A program made the translations under genes and the position numbers. Under the pieces are notes generated by a model. It was not told the DNA's origin and searched no databases. It saw only the letters and a program-made list of their open reading frames with translations. A stretch of DNA of 64,000 bases. Source: Macrostomum hystrix (lineage: Eukaryota; Animalia; Platyhelminthes). Position 1 is the first letter of the stretch, and each line of letters starts with the position of its first letter. The stretch covers positions 11,346,001 to 11,410,000 of the forward strand of contig CATNEN010000039.1 in the NCBI GenBank assembly GCA_950097015.1. Reading direction: 5' to 3'. Positions 37,874 to 50,423 of this stretch are shown here, piece by piece.

Positions 37874-40800
37874 AGGCAGTAGTCGTAGACAGTCGCAGCA
37901 GTGTTCAAGCAGGCCCCCCAGCTTGTCCAGCATGCTGACACTGCTTCTACGGCTCCTGTCACCACCAGGTCGGTGATAGTTTTGCGCGATTTTGAAGAAG
38001 CCCTCGGCGAATGCTTGGAAACACAGGCCTGGAGAAAGATGGGAATAATATGGCAGGGATGGGAATGAGATGGATGGGAATAAAAGAGATGGGAATAAGA
38101 GGGATGGGAATGACGGATGGGAATGATAGGGATGGGAATGAGTGGGATCGGAATAACAGAGATGGGAATAAGAGGGATGGGAATGACGGATGGGAATGAG
38201 TGGGATGGGAATAACAGGGATGAGAATAACAGGGATAGGAATAACAGGGATAGGAATAACAGGGACGGGAATGAGATGGGGGAATGACAGGGGTGTGAAT
38301 ACTATGACTGGGGTGGGAATAATATGACTGGGATGGGAATAATCTGACTGGGATGGGAATAACAGGGATGGGAATGACGTAGAAGGGAATGACAGGGAAG
38401 GGAATGACAGGGATGGGAATGACAGGGATTGGAATAAGAGGGATGGGAATGACAGGTATTGGAATGACAGGGATGGGAACAAGTACAGGCAGGCATGCAG
38501 CTAAGAGCCTCACCCCCTGTGGGATCTGAGCTGAGGTATTCCCACCGCCGCTGCAGGTCGATGTAGAGGATGTTGGTGTCGGGCATGCTGAGTCCGCAGA
38601 ACTGCTCAAGCGAGCATTTTCTCGCCAGGCTCCTGAATGCCGTGGCGCCCAGTTTGAGGCAGCCGCGTCGGCCGCCGCAGGCAGCCAAGAAGAGGTCGGC
38701 GAGACCTTCGAGCACGCGGAGGCGCTGCAGGTCGGTGTGACGACCTGAGCCCGGGAAAATCTCCGTCATGCAGCCGGTGGTGAAAGGAGCATCAGATTCA
38801 GTGTCGGCGTCAACTGTTTCCTGTGGAGGTTGAATCCAAATTATGGGAATTTACTCTAGATCCCAATAATGGTACATAACTCCAGATCCCAATACTGGGA
38901 ATTTACATAAGATCCCAAATTATGGCAATTAACATCGATTACAAATTATGGGAATTCACATAGATCCCAAATTATGGGAATTCACTCCAGATCCCAAATT
39001 ATGGGAATTCACTCCAGATCACAAATTATGGGAATTCACTCCAGATCACAAATTATGGGAATTCACTCCAGATCCCAAATTATGGGAATTCACTCCAGAT
39101 CCCAAATTATGGGAATTCACTCCAGGTCCCAAATTATGGGAATTCACTCCAGATCCCAAATTTTGGGAATTCACATAGATCCCAAATTATGGGAATTCAC
39201 ATAGATCCCAAATTATGGGAATTCACTCCAGATCACAATTATGGGAATTCACTCCAGATCACAAATTATGGGAATTAACTCCAGATCCCAAGTTATGGGA
39301 ATTCACTCCAGACACCCACGAATATTACTCCGAACTCTCAAGACGACGTACCGTTTCTAGCTCGAACTCTGGCTCCTTGTCCATCTCAACTTCCGCCGCC
39401 GAATCCCGCTCCGCTGTCTTTTCATCGGTTTCCATCATTTCCGGCTGCTGAGTTGGGTCATCCCACTTTGGAATTTTCAGTTCCGTTGGCTGCTCAGGAC
39501 GAGAGGTCACGCTGGAAGGAAGGTTTCAGAAAAATGCAATAGAACGTTTCTGACACAATCTCTACTCCTCCATCATCTGCCCATGACCAGACTCACTCGG
39601 AAGTCACTGGCCAGCCGGCCTGCGGTAGTAGCAGTTTCTCGACCAGCATCAGACTGTCTCTCACTAGCGGCTGTTTCACCTGGACATCCACCGGGCTGAC
39701 AAAGTACTCGGACACGCCAGGCATGAGTTCAACTTCGTAGTCTAACCGAAGGCTCGGGCAGCTGTTGACCTCCAGTAGCACTGGTGTGAGATCGGACAGG
39801 AGCAACACGTCAAATCCGAGGATCTGGGGAAAGAGAAATGAAGAATTTTACACGGCAAATTAATCCAATGGAGTTCTACAGTTAATTGCGCCTTTAGCTG
39901 CGCCCGCCCCCAATTTTTCGTGCCCCTGGCCCTCAGCCGATTGGCTGCAGGCCGTCCTGCTATCTCTCAGCCCTACCCCCGTTTTGCACCAATCAGCTCT
40001 GCGCAGCTTTACCCCCTCCCTTTCTGCTATCCAGCCATGTGTGTTTGTGCCAGCTAGACCGAACACCATGGCGCATTAAAAGTGCTAAACCTATCAATAA
40101 ACTGAATGAAATGAAATAGTAAATTGCAGCAAAGGTCAAATCACAGCAGAGTCTGTTGTCACAGTGGCTAGAGTAAATTGTTAGAGTAAATTTGACCTCA
40201 AAAGCCGTAACTCACCTGGAAACACCTGGCAGGTGGTCCGCCATGCGGACTGCGGTGCCGCAGATTGACAAGCAGCTCTGGCAGGATGGCTAGCGCTGTC
40301 TTCACGCAGAGACGTTCAATAGACCGTCGCAGTGCCGCAATATCGCAGCCCTCGCCGAGGCTGTCAGCCAGTTGACGCAGAACGCTAGTGAAGGTCCGCT
40401 TACTGCCAGTCTCAGCGTTGCCGTGTACAAAGGCTCGGGAGCGCTTGTTGATCGAATAATTGGTCAGGTGCATAAGGCTGGAGGTCAGGTTGTCGGCTGT
40501 GGGCGCCGCGTACTGCTGGGTGCAGAATCTGGCGAGGCCCTCGCGACACATAAATATTCGCGGGTTCGGAGTTGCGTCCAGCAGCAGAATGTAGAGCCTC
40601 AGATCGAATTTGTAGCCATCCAGCAGCAGGGGCGAGTCCAGGTAGGTCTGCACAATGTGACTGAGCGGCCTGCCGGACTGCTGGCGCGAATAGTCAGCGG
40701 CTGAACGGATCAGGTAGATGCCGCCACCCTGCGCTCCGGCGTCCGGCTTCACAATGTAACACGGGGCTGGCCGGCCCGACTCTGCGCGAGGGCATTTCGA

Positions 40801-42251
40801 GATGATGTCGATAATGTTTTTGTGAGGCTGTGGGAACGTTTGAGAAATGCTGGTAGATTGGCATTCTTACTGTTGGCTTGCGCAGCAGCAGCGTCAGCGT
40901 GTTCAGCGAACTCGGCCAGCTGGTGCGGCAGGAACCAGGTGGCCGGGTAGAAGCCGAACTCATCGGGGAACAGGCGCCTCATGGTCTCCAGGGCCCGGCT
41001 GAGGTTAACCTTGTGCAGCAGGTCGCCGATCCCCGGAAACCGGTTGACGCAGGCGCCTTCAACGCCGGGATTCTCCGCGTAGCTGAAGCCGTTCCAGCAG
41101 ACCTCGCAGGCCTGGCCTCCCGAGGGGACCTCGCGCCAGCCCAGATGCTGGGCAGCCAGCCGCACCACGTCCTGGTTGCTGTGCGCCATGGATGTGTCGA
41201 TTCGAACTCGGGCCTGACGCGGCTGAGCGCCAAGCGGTACAGCGATGCGAGCTCGTGTGAGACGCGAGAAGCGCTTGGCCTCAGCCAGGCGGTCAAGCAG
41301 CACCTGCAAAAGTTTCGATTGGTGATGCTTTTCTGCGTCTTTCTACATAATTTGAGCAACTGGCTCCTCCCTGAGGTGAAGGTAAGTGGGACCCTTAAAA
41401 GTAGTAAGACCACGCTATTTCCCCCCCCCCGGGGAAAGAACACGGGGCACAAGTACCCAAGCCGTCTGACTTCAGGATCGTCGAGATATTCTGCAATTCT
41501 TGTCGAAAACACTTGTGGCATTGTCTACATTGCTCTGTATAAACGTCAATGGCGAAGCCAGATTGGTTCATAAATCAAAAAAACTTTTTAATCGATCTAA
41601 AATAGTAAAAATGATTGCCGATATTTTTATACGATGAAATTTTGTGAGCAGAAAAAATTATGACTGCCTTAGTGGTCTTTGTCACCAGACACTCCGACGA
41701 GAATCGTTGAATATCTCGATTCTGAAAGTTCTCTGATCGCCGATCGGATAGAGCGGAAAATTTTAGCCCGTGTTCTTGATTCTCATGGCGATTCTCATGG
41801 CGATTCTCATGGCGATTTGGTTGAATATTTTAGGAGATGCTGAAGAAAAGAAATGTGTGCATTTGAAATATCCAGTGGTCTTTCTACTGCATGTTAACGC
41901 GTCCAGTAAGCTCGAATCCACGGCGAGGCCGGATAAATTTGGCTGGATAAGGCTAGGCATTTTGTCGCGCATTATGAGTAATTAAAACATTTGAGGTTCA
42001 AACTGCAAGGCTCAGTGAGTCCATTGTCGCTAAATTATGCGCAAGTACCCGCGTCAACTAGTCAAATAGTCAACTAGTCAACCAACCTGTCTCCGGAAGT
42101 CGGTTCGCTTGTACCTTCGCAACTGTGCCGGATTGAATCTGTGCCGCAGAACCTGCTGCCGAAGTCGAGCCAGGTCATCCGAGGAGGACGATGACGCAAC
42201 AGCTGCCTCAGACGTCTCGGCCACCTCGGCAGATGCCTTCTCAGCTGCGGA
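37652..42251 (-). CDS. TTLL11: Tubulin polyglutamylase TTLL11 (5' end not located)
   Basis: Exons ~42251-42087, 41303-40871, 40781-40216, 39823-39597, 39511-39352, 38820-38514 and 38028-37652, with consistent phases. TTL motifs: YIVKPDAGAQGGGIYLI, VQTYL..PLLLDGYKFDLRLY, MHLTNYSIN, CFQ|ILGFDVLL, LLEVNSCPS. TTLL11-type C-terminus: ILYIDLQRRW..GLCFQAFAEGFF. Confidence 0.9.
37808..37870 (-). repeat. (CAG)21 coding microsatellite (polyQ) in the last exon of TTLL11
   Basis: 63 nt of uninterrupted CTG on the + strand, in frame as Gln. Confidence 0.9.
38038..38480. repeat. 15-bp purine-rich minisatellite (GGGATGGGAAT(G/A)ACA) in the last TTLL11 intron
   Basis: Degenerate tandem copies; reverse-complement relative of the 36686-37256 array. 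Confidence 0.92.
38835..39312. repeat. 27-bp minisatellite (GATCCCAAATTATGGGAATTCACTCCA) in a TTLL11 intron
   Basis: About 17 copies, each with an internal TCCCA..TGGGA inverted repeat. Confidence 0.95.
41399..41889. mobile_element. MITE-like element, copy 2 (same family as 3880-4491, inverted), in a TTLL11 intron
   Basis: Ends AAGTAGTAAGACC and GGTCTTTCTACTG. Internal CCGACGAGAATCGTTGAATATCTCGA is the reverse complement of the block near 4043-4068. Confidence 0.7.
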
Positions 42252-43313
42252 CTGTGTACAAAAGGGGTTCCACAGCAACATGATGATATACATTTGGTTC
42301 ATATATTTGGTTCAGGTTTTAATGCAAAAATGGAAGCCTGGGCTATGCAAGACATTTTGAATGACATAATGACTTTTTGACTATAAGTCTAATAAAAAAT
42401 CTATATCAATTATTTTTTATTTTGCTGAAAGCACGCCAGATTTTATTTATGTCGGTAGTAGCGTTATGCTGTGCTCACCGTTCAATACAGATATGACATC
42501 TAAATGAGTTTAGATGTAACTTAATTTGCTAGTAAGTTACATCCAGCGATATAAACTCACACATACTTTACCGATAGTGTATATAATATGTAAATAATTA
42601 AATATGTAGGTGGGAGATATTTCTATTATATTTTAAAACATTGTTAATGACTGTTATGATTTTCTTTCCTATACTCGCTTTAATATAATTTTATAATTGA
42701 ATCATAGAAGTGACCAAAGCCATACTGATATCTAAATAAAAATAATCCTTGTTTGGTATTCAAACAAGAAGCCATCCGTTTCATGCAGAGAAGACTCGTT
42801 GACTAAGTCAAAGGCTAAGCTGAGCTATACAAAACAAAGCTTCCTACTGCAATTTACTTTTGTTTTTGTTTTAAAAGCTCAAGCTGCTCCAACATATTCG
42901 GCTCGGCAGCCGTTAGCTGCCAAGTTCGTTTTTATCTTCGTATATGCTGGAATGATATTGCAATCTAAAGGAATTTTTTTATTCTATTTCTATTTGTGAA
43001 GTTGTAACTGTTAATTTGTGATCCAGCAATTTCTTACAAATAAGTCTATAAAATGAGTTGAATATTTGGCTTCACTGGATACATAAATAAACAAAGAAAA
43101 AACATTTATTTTGCTTCCCTTAGTCAATCAGTATAAATAACTGCTATTTAAACAGAGAAGTAAGGTAGTTCAACAGTTTTTTTCTTATTTATACAGGTTA
43201 ATTATTTTACTTGTTATATTAACGTTTGAAGATTTTGTTTCGTAGAACACTACCAGTCTACTTCCCAGGTGTGCAACACAACGAATTTATTAGCTGAACT
43301 TTCATACTTTAAG

Positions 43314-46300
43314 ATGTCATTGACTTATGGCAAATTTATAACACTAGTTGGCGCGATTCTGTTGCTTCATTCTGCATACTCTGCCGCTCAGCGTAAGTAT
43401 TTAATGATAAAAGTCTGCTACTTTATAAAACGTACAGATCTTGGCTTTTGAATAAAGTGAGGTTAGATTACCTAGGTGTCCCTTAGCTCCACCTGTCTCA
43501 TTCCCGTGTGTTAAGTTTAACTCCTAAAATATTACAGTCTAACTTTGTGATCTTCCATTTTTCTAAAAGTCGTGTTGCATCTATATTTTCTATTACTTTG
43601 CCAAGCAAAATGTATACATCAAACATTTTATTTTTATTTTCCATGCTGATATGTACATTTGTCAACCCAAAATCACACACCGTGTGGTTACTATCACTAT
43701 CTTATTAGCCATACAAATATGCAATAGCTCAATATGAGCTAGCTATACTTATCTTTATAATTGCTCTAAACTTTTGAACCTTTTTACTATTGCTAGTAGA
43801 CTAATTACTGACTAATTATCAGTAGCTAATTACAGACTAAGTAAAAGCAAAAGCTAAGTAAGTGTTGCAACAAAAATAAAATACTTTTTGTAAATTATAC
43901 ATATTTACATCTAAAATTCTAGTTTAGTATAATATATGTATAATATGTATAATTTACAAAAAGAATTTTATTTTTGTTGCAAAGCTTACTTAGCTTTTGC
44001 TTTTACTTAGTCGGTAATTAGCTCCTACTGAAATATTTGTGCATTCATTTGTATATTAGGCTGAGTCATGTTGCTAAAGGGGTTAGCTATTATACTTAGA
44101 AATATTCTAGTAGCTACTCAGCCACTATGAATGTATTGTTTATCCATTTAAGTAATGAGCACTGCCTACTATTACTAACTTAAACATTGTACTGGCATAT
44201 TGTGGCTTTTTCATTACATTGTCAGTTTAGAGAACTTTGCAATATTTATTTATATATATCTGTTATGAATACCAAAGCCAAATATTTATTATTTATCAAT
44301 ATTATCCATTATGCCCACTTTGTAATTTCTCTATCTCACAAATATCTTACCATTGACCTAAGTTTACCCCCAAATTTCAATAAATTTCAATTTATGTCAA
44401 AACATTACTTGTAGGCCCTAAAATTTTGTAGGCTAGGGTAATGTATCATCAACCAAACAGTGTATCTTCAAAACCAAACAAGAATTTTGACTTCTTCCTT
44501 GGTCTCATGCAAGACAGAAACAAGCTATTGTGTTTCACAGAACAACTAATTTGAAAGTTGAAGAAATTATCTACAAGCTGAGGCATGATGTGCAATGAAG
44601 CATTAAGAGGAAAGAAAGATATTGATGTTTTAGTATAAATTTTTATTGCAAAAGCATACTTTTTAACAACATTTTTTCAGTATGTACTTTAGACGAAGAT
44701 TGTATGTGGTTGCTTGCCAATTAAATGACCATAAATGTAGTTATTTATAGAGCATGAAAAATGCTTTCAAATTACATAATTCATGATAGTTCACTCCTTA
44801 AAATAAGATTAAACCACTCACTCAAATTGTAAAACCAAACATCAAATTCTCTGTTTGGTTTGAAGATACATGAAAATCATTGTTCAGTTTTAGATAAATA
44901 GCAGGAATAACTTTTTTCTATTTGATAAAATAGCAAAAGCAGATACTTTTTAGAAAGATGTAAATGTTTTCTATAATTATTTCTAATTTCTATTTTGATT
45001 TATCATCATATCTTAAATTGAAAATCTGTAGCTTAGGTTTGAAGTTAAAAAAATACACATTCTTGTTTGGTTGATGATACATTACCCTATATAATGCAAG
45101 TTATATAGCTCAAACAGCTTCTGATTCTGATAGCTAGCTGTTATACTAATGGTATATATGCTACACCCATATAGCTCACTAAGAAGGATAGCTAATAAGG
45201 ATAGCATATGCTAGCAATTATAGCCCCCTCTGTGGAGCACAATCATTTTTTAATCCTCTTATTTATTGAATTAGATCTAAATTATGCAAACAATCCATCA
45301 ATCATTTTTTAATCCTCTTATTTATTGAATTAGATCTAAATTATGCAAACAATCCATCAATCATTTTTTAATCCTCTTATTTATTGAATTAGATCTAAAT
45401 TATGCAAACAATCCATCAATCATTTTTTAATCCTCTTATTTATTGAATTAGATCTAAATTATGCAAACAATCCATCAATCATTTTTTAATCCTCTTATTT
45501 ATTGAATTAGATCTAAATTATGCAAACAATCCATCAATCATTTTTTAATCCTCTTATTTATTGAATTAGATCTAAATTATGCAAACAATCCATCAATCAT
45601 TTTTTAATCCTCTTATTTATTTAATTAGATCTAAATTATGCAAACAATCCATCAATCATTTTTAGCTTATTTTACTATATGTTCCTCTCAATAAGCTAAT
45701 AAGCTATATGGAAAATTAAATAACTTATCCTTGCAAATTTGAAACAATTAGCTAGTAACATGGTAATTCAGTTTTACGGAATATTCAACAGGCTTGAATT
45801 ATTGCAGTCATTAGTATGATAATAATTTATTGCTTTGTTGAGATAATTTTCCTAAGAAACTTGTTGCTAAACAAGACAAATCAAATTATATATATAATAT
45901 TATATTATTGTATTAGCTAATTATCTACATTTCTTGAAGGTATTACTTTCAGTGTTTAATTATCAATAAAATGAGGGTTTTTAGACTTTATTGTTTTCAA
46001 GGTAGCACAATCTACTTAGATGCAACTAGCCAATACACAAAGAAGATCTATTAGAGCAAAGCCATATGAATTGACAAGAACTGAACTAACTGTATCAAAT
46101 ATATCACCTACTCAACCTAATAGTAATAATAATTTAATAATTGCAGGAGGGCTGCAAGCCATGGCATATCATTTGGTGACACTTGACCCACAGCCATTTC
46201 GCTGACTCCTGAGCACACGCACACAGATACTGTATGCAGAAAATTGCGCACACAGGTGTGTACATCTGCCCTGACTTTCTCATCGTCAGACAGTGTACAC

Positions 46301-47766
46301 TTCACTGTGCCTTGGAGGTTGGCCCTCAAGGGCGTAAATTGCACAACATGCCCCCAAGCCTTCTCTCTGCAGCTGTGCCCCAAATAAATGTGGCCTCGCC
46401 GTGAATCAAACTTAGGGACTGTGGTGCAAGATGCAAATGCGTTAACTGCTCTGACACTGACCCCCTACGTACTCAACCTACTCAAGGCAAAATATATGCT
46501 CGGCTAATCAAATTTTCATATCTTTTACAATCAACTAGCTATTTGAAGAATAAAGATGATTATAAAAAACAACATAAATTGTTCTAGCTTTGCCACAAAA
46601 CCAAGCCCTGCTATTATAGAATGTATATATTGTCTAGCAGACAATTTTTGTTATACTTTTTTAACCAGGGGCAGTAGTTAGCAGTCTAGCCAGGAAATTA
46701 TTTCTTCTTGATGAGCAGTTTTTACTAATGAACTGAAAATTTGCCAGATCGCCGCATTCTTCGACTCAGTGAAGAAGAATTCGAACAACTGCCCCTAGAC
46801 ATCATTGTGGAGTGCCTGCTCGGCTTTGCCATTGTCTGCGTTGGCATTGTGAACGTCGCTGGCGATTTCAGGGTGATCTTCGCTGCTGCCGAGCCTGAAA
46901 ACAAGTAGGGCTGCACTGCCTGAGAAGTGCCGGGGCTACACTGGGATCTCTAGCCTCAGTGATCCCTACTCCTATACAATCAGATTAAGAATCCCTGATC
47001 CCTACTCCAATCCAATCAGATTAAGAATCCCTGATCCCTACTCCAATCCAATCAGATTAAGAATCCCCGATCCCTACTCCTATCCAATCATATGAAGAAT
47101 CCCTGATCCCTACTCCAATCCAATCAGATTAAGAATCCCTGATCCCTACTCCAATCCAATCAGATTAAGAATCCCCGATCCCTACTCCAATCCAATCAGA
47201 TTAAGAATCCCTGATCCCTACTCCAATCCAATCAGATTAAGAATCCCTGATCCCTACTCCTATCCAATCATTTTAAGAATCCCCGATCCCTACTCCAATC
47301 CAATCAGATTAAGAATCCCCGATCCCTACTCCAATCCAATCAGATTAAGAATCCCTGATCCCTACTCCAATCCAATCAGATTAAGAATCCCCGATCCCTA
47401 CTCCAATCCAATCAGATTAAGAATCCCTGATCCCTACTCCAATCCAATCAGATTAAGAATCCCTGATCCCTACTCCTATCCAATCATTTTAAGAATCCCC
47501 GATCCCTACTCCAATACAATCAGTTGAATTTGAATAATCCCTGATCCCTACTGAAATCCCACCATTGGATAATCCCTGATCTCTACTCAAATCCCCAATG
47601 AAATCCTCTATGAGCTTGAGTACATGATAGCTAGTCCCCAGCTTGAGATCCTACAGTTCTCTCGCAACCCTCCCAATTCAAATGCAGAGTGTGGGACAAC
47701 ATCAATCGACCGAGCTTCTACGCATTCAATCATCGGGCTCGCAGTCTAAACCGGCATGTTCGCTGA
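43314..47766 (+). CDS. MMGT1: ER membrane complex subunit 5 / membrane magnesium transporter 1 (3 exons, 104 aa)
   Basis: Exons 43314-43392, 46748-46904 and 47688-47766 (phases 1 and 2; 315 nt). Motifs: LLLHSAYSAAQHRR..LPLDIIVECL..VAGDFR..NRPSFYAFNHRAR. Confidence 0.93.
43824..44023. repeat. Foldback inverted repeat (~80-bp arms) in EMC5 intron 1
   Basis: AGCTAATTACAGACTAAGTAAAAGCAAAAGCTAAGTAAG..TTTTTGTAAATTATACAT is mirrored by ATGTATAATTTACAAAAA..CTTACTTAGCTTTTGCTTTTACTTAGTCGGTAATTAGCT. Confidence 0.88.
44436..45087. mobile_element. 652-bp MITE with perfect 24-bp TIRs and TA flanks
   Basis: GGGTAATGTATCATCAACCAAACA (44436-44459) and its exact reverse complement ending at 45087; TA on both sides. 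Confidence 0.9.
45240..45663. repeat. 59-bp tandem repeat x~7 in EMC5 intron 1
   Basis: Near-identical AT-rich copies with period 59. Confidence 0.96.
46120..46469 (-). mobile_element. tRNA-derived SINE (family A), full copy with TSD
   Basis: Reverse complement of 56572-56847, with a TTA-rich tail. TSD TACTCAACCTA at 46109-46119 and 46470-46480. Confidence 0.88.
46960..47590. repeat. 36-bp minisatellite (GATCCCTACTCCAATCCAATCAGATTAAGAATCCCT) in EMC5 intron 2
   Basis: About 16 copies with period 36. Confidence 0.96.
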
Positions 47767-47927
47767 ATTCCGCATGCTTCAACAACCGACTGTCTGACCA
47801 GCTGCCAGTCATCTCTTCTCCTCCCCGCTTTGTATTTTAAACCCATATCCCCTATCGATTTTTCCCTTCAATAACTTTCCCAGATTAGACTTTCGTTTGA
47901 GTAAAAAAATAATTATTAATTTGATAA

Positions 47928-49352
47928 ATGGCCACTTCTGTCGCTTCTACTCTGAACAATGGCCACACGGCCTCGGTCAACTGTCTGGCGCTCGACTCCG
48001 ACTCCGGCCTACTCGCCTCCGGCGGCGACGACTCCGCTATCTGCCTATGGGACGCCGGCGAACTGCGGCTGACCGCCAAGTGGCTCTGCCGCGGAGCCGC
48101 CGCATCCGCCGACTCTCCCGTGGTGTCTCTCGCCTTCTCGACGTCAGGCTTCGCCTCGGGCCGCCTGCTGTTTGCCGCACAGGTTAGTTACTTGGCTTGA
48201 GCACACCAGCTCATGCCTCACTGAGCACACCAGCTCATGCCTCACTGAGCACACCAGCTCATGCCCCACTGAGCACACCAGCTCATGCCCCACTGAGCAC
48301 ACCAGCTCATGCCCCACTGAGCACACCAGCTCATGCCCCACTGAGCACACCAGCTCATGCCCCACTGAGCACACCAGCTCATGCCCCACTGAGCACACCA
48401 GCTCATGCCCCACTGAGCACACCAGCTCATGCCCCACTGAGCACACCAGCTCATGCCCCACTGAGCACACCATCTCAAGCCTCATCAATCAAACCCCGAC
48501 CCTGCAGGGCAACGGTGTCCAGGCCTGGGATCTGCGCAACCCATCCCAACCGGCCCTCTCAATCTGCGCCGCCGAAGACGAAGTCAACAGCGTCGCCCTG
48601 CTGGAGGACGAACGCCGGCTGGCCACCGCTGACGACACCGGCGACGTGAAGATCTTTGACGCTGTCAGCGGCGAGCTGATTCGGGCTCTGCACAAGCACG
48701 ACAACATTGCCTCAGCTGTCATCTTTAGACCTAATCGAACTGGACAGGTGATTTCCTGGAATACTATGGAATGTCTAGTCTGTGCTAGTCTGTAGGATTT
48801 ACTTACTAAAGAAGACAATGCTACCGATTCCAGGTGATCTCAGGCGGTATGGATCATCGCCTGGTAGTCACCGACTGGAAGAGCCACCGCGGCGAAGCTG
48901 TCAACATCTTCGACATGAGCGAGTTGCAGGACGCAGACCTGCCAGCGTCAACCGGCGCCCTCGGCATCAACCCGCCACTGGTGCACTGCCTGGCAGCCAG
49001 CTCCGATGGCCAGTTTGTGGCGGCCGGCCTCGAGAACGGCATCGTCGAACTGTTCAGCGGCTCCGGTCGGCACCTGCTCCAGCTTGAGAGTCTCTGCGGC
49101 CACTCGGCCGGTGTCAGCGCCCTGCTGTGCCTGCCAGACCACCTGCTGCTGTCCGGTGGCAACGACCGCCGCTGCTACCTCTGGTCGCTGCTGGACTCCG
49201 ACACGGAGGACGCCGAAGAGCAGCAACACCCGGCCGGTGTGTCTTTCGCCCACCGGGACAAAGTCAACGCCCTCTGCGGCCGCCGGGCTGACCGCGTGTT
49301 TGTCGCCGACTCCGGGAACACGCTGCACTGCTGCGACCTGTCAGCAGCTTGA
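47928..49352 (+). CDS. WDR53: WD repeat-containing protein 53 (3 exons, ~337 aa)
   Basis: Exons 47928-48182, 48508-48747 and 48834-49352 (phase 0). Motifs: GHTASVNCL..LLASGGDD, EDEVNSVAL..LATADDTGDVKIFD..HDNIASAVIFRP, INPPLVH, GHSAGVS..LLSGGND, H.DKVN. Confidence 0.9.
48199..48472. repeat. 24-bp minisatellite (GAGCACACCAGCTCATGCCCCACT) in WDR53 intron 1
   Basis: About 11.5 near-identical copies. Confidence 0.97.
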
Positions 49353-49789
49353 GCTAAACTTCAATTTGGTTCATTGTTCAGTTGGATTGCTAGTCTAGCC
49401 TGAGGTGTTGTTACAAACCAAGATATTTGCTCTGCATTCTCTGTTCGTTCCGATGGCTCCAGTTTTGTCCTTGAAAAGCTCTTGCTCCCAGTTTCCCTTA
49501 TCGAAAAATACTTGATTTCTTCTGTTTCTCCTCTTCGCGTATTGCTTTAGATCAACCCCGAGTGCGCGAGCGAATCGTATGCCATGGTCAGATCGCTGCT
49601 CAGAAAAAAAACGAGTTTGAGTTCTGATTTTAAATAAACTCCCCACAGCCTACTGGCTCTCGCAGTCACGGCTGGTTGCTGCACTGCCCGAATTCAGTGA
49701 ATCGAAGTGCGCTTGGGAAATCTGTCTTGCCTTCCTCGCTTGGATATACTCACTCAGTCAACTGCCAAATCTAAAAGCTTTATCCCAAC

Positions 49790-50115
49790 AACCTGCCAGA
49801 TCCAATGGCACATCATTTGGTGACACTAGACCCGCAGCCAGCGAGGAGGCAATTCTGCCCATTTCGCTGACTCCTGAGCACACACGCACACAGATACCCT
49901 TCGCAGGACGACACTTACACTTACACATCCGCCCTGACTTTCTCATCGTCAGGCAGCGTATACTTCACTGTGCCTTCAAGTTTGGCCCTCAAGAACGTAA
50001 ATTGCACGACAAGGCACCAAGCCTTTTCTCCGCGGCTGCGCCACAAATGAATGTGGCCTCGCCGCTAAATCGAGCTCAGGGACCTTGGTGCGAGAGGCAA
50101 ACGCGTAAGACCTTA
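49790..50115 (-). mobile_element. tRNA-derived SINE (family A) copy
   Basis: Shares ATCATTTGGTGACACT, TTTCGCTGACTCCTGAGCACAC, GCCCTGACTTTCTCATCGTCAG and AGGGACCTTGGTGCGAG with the other copies. Ends are approximate. Confidence 0.85.
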
Positions 50116-50423
50116 GACCGATCTCGTCTTTATTTTTTTTACTTTTTCTCCGGATCCAAAGATGTTTCTGGCGCGACATCTGATCGCCAAGCTGCATCCA
50201 TGCATTCGATCGTAAAATAACGAAAAAATATCTAAGTGCAATTGAACTTGTTCAATCACTGTATTACCGAGCTGGATAAACTGTTGTTGTGGTAGAAGGC
50301 AATAGAGATTATTCTTAGTTTATTGTTTTTATGAATTTGCCATTAAAAAATATTATTTTGAACCTTTGAGGCATGCTCATTTCGCGGCATTGGCTTCTGT
50401 TAATTTCGTCACAGTTCGTGCGC

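Noticed and set aside
6271-46480. RTE TSD (TACTCAAA) and SINE TSD (TACTCAACCTA) share TACTCAA
   Set aside because: The elements are in opposite orientation relative to the motif and the other SINE TSD (CAAGGCAC) differs, so a shared target preference is unsupported.
48144-48795. TEHTSSCP-repeat ORF apparently fused to WDR53 exon 2
   Set aside because: The repeat lies within a canonical GT..AG intron (48183-48507), and the exon-1 frame stops at 48200 if unspliced.
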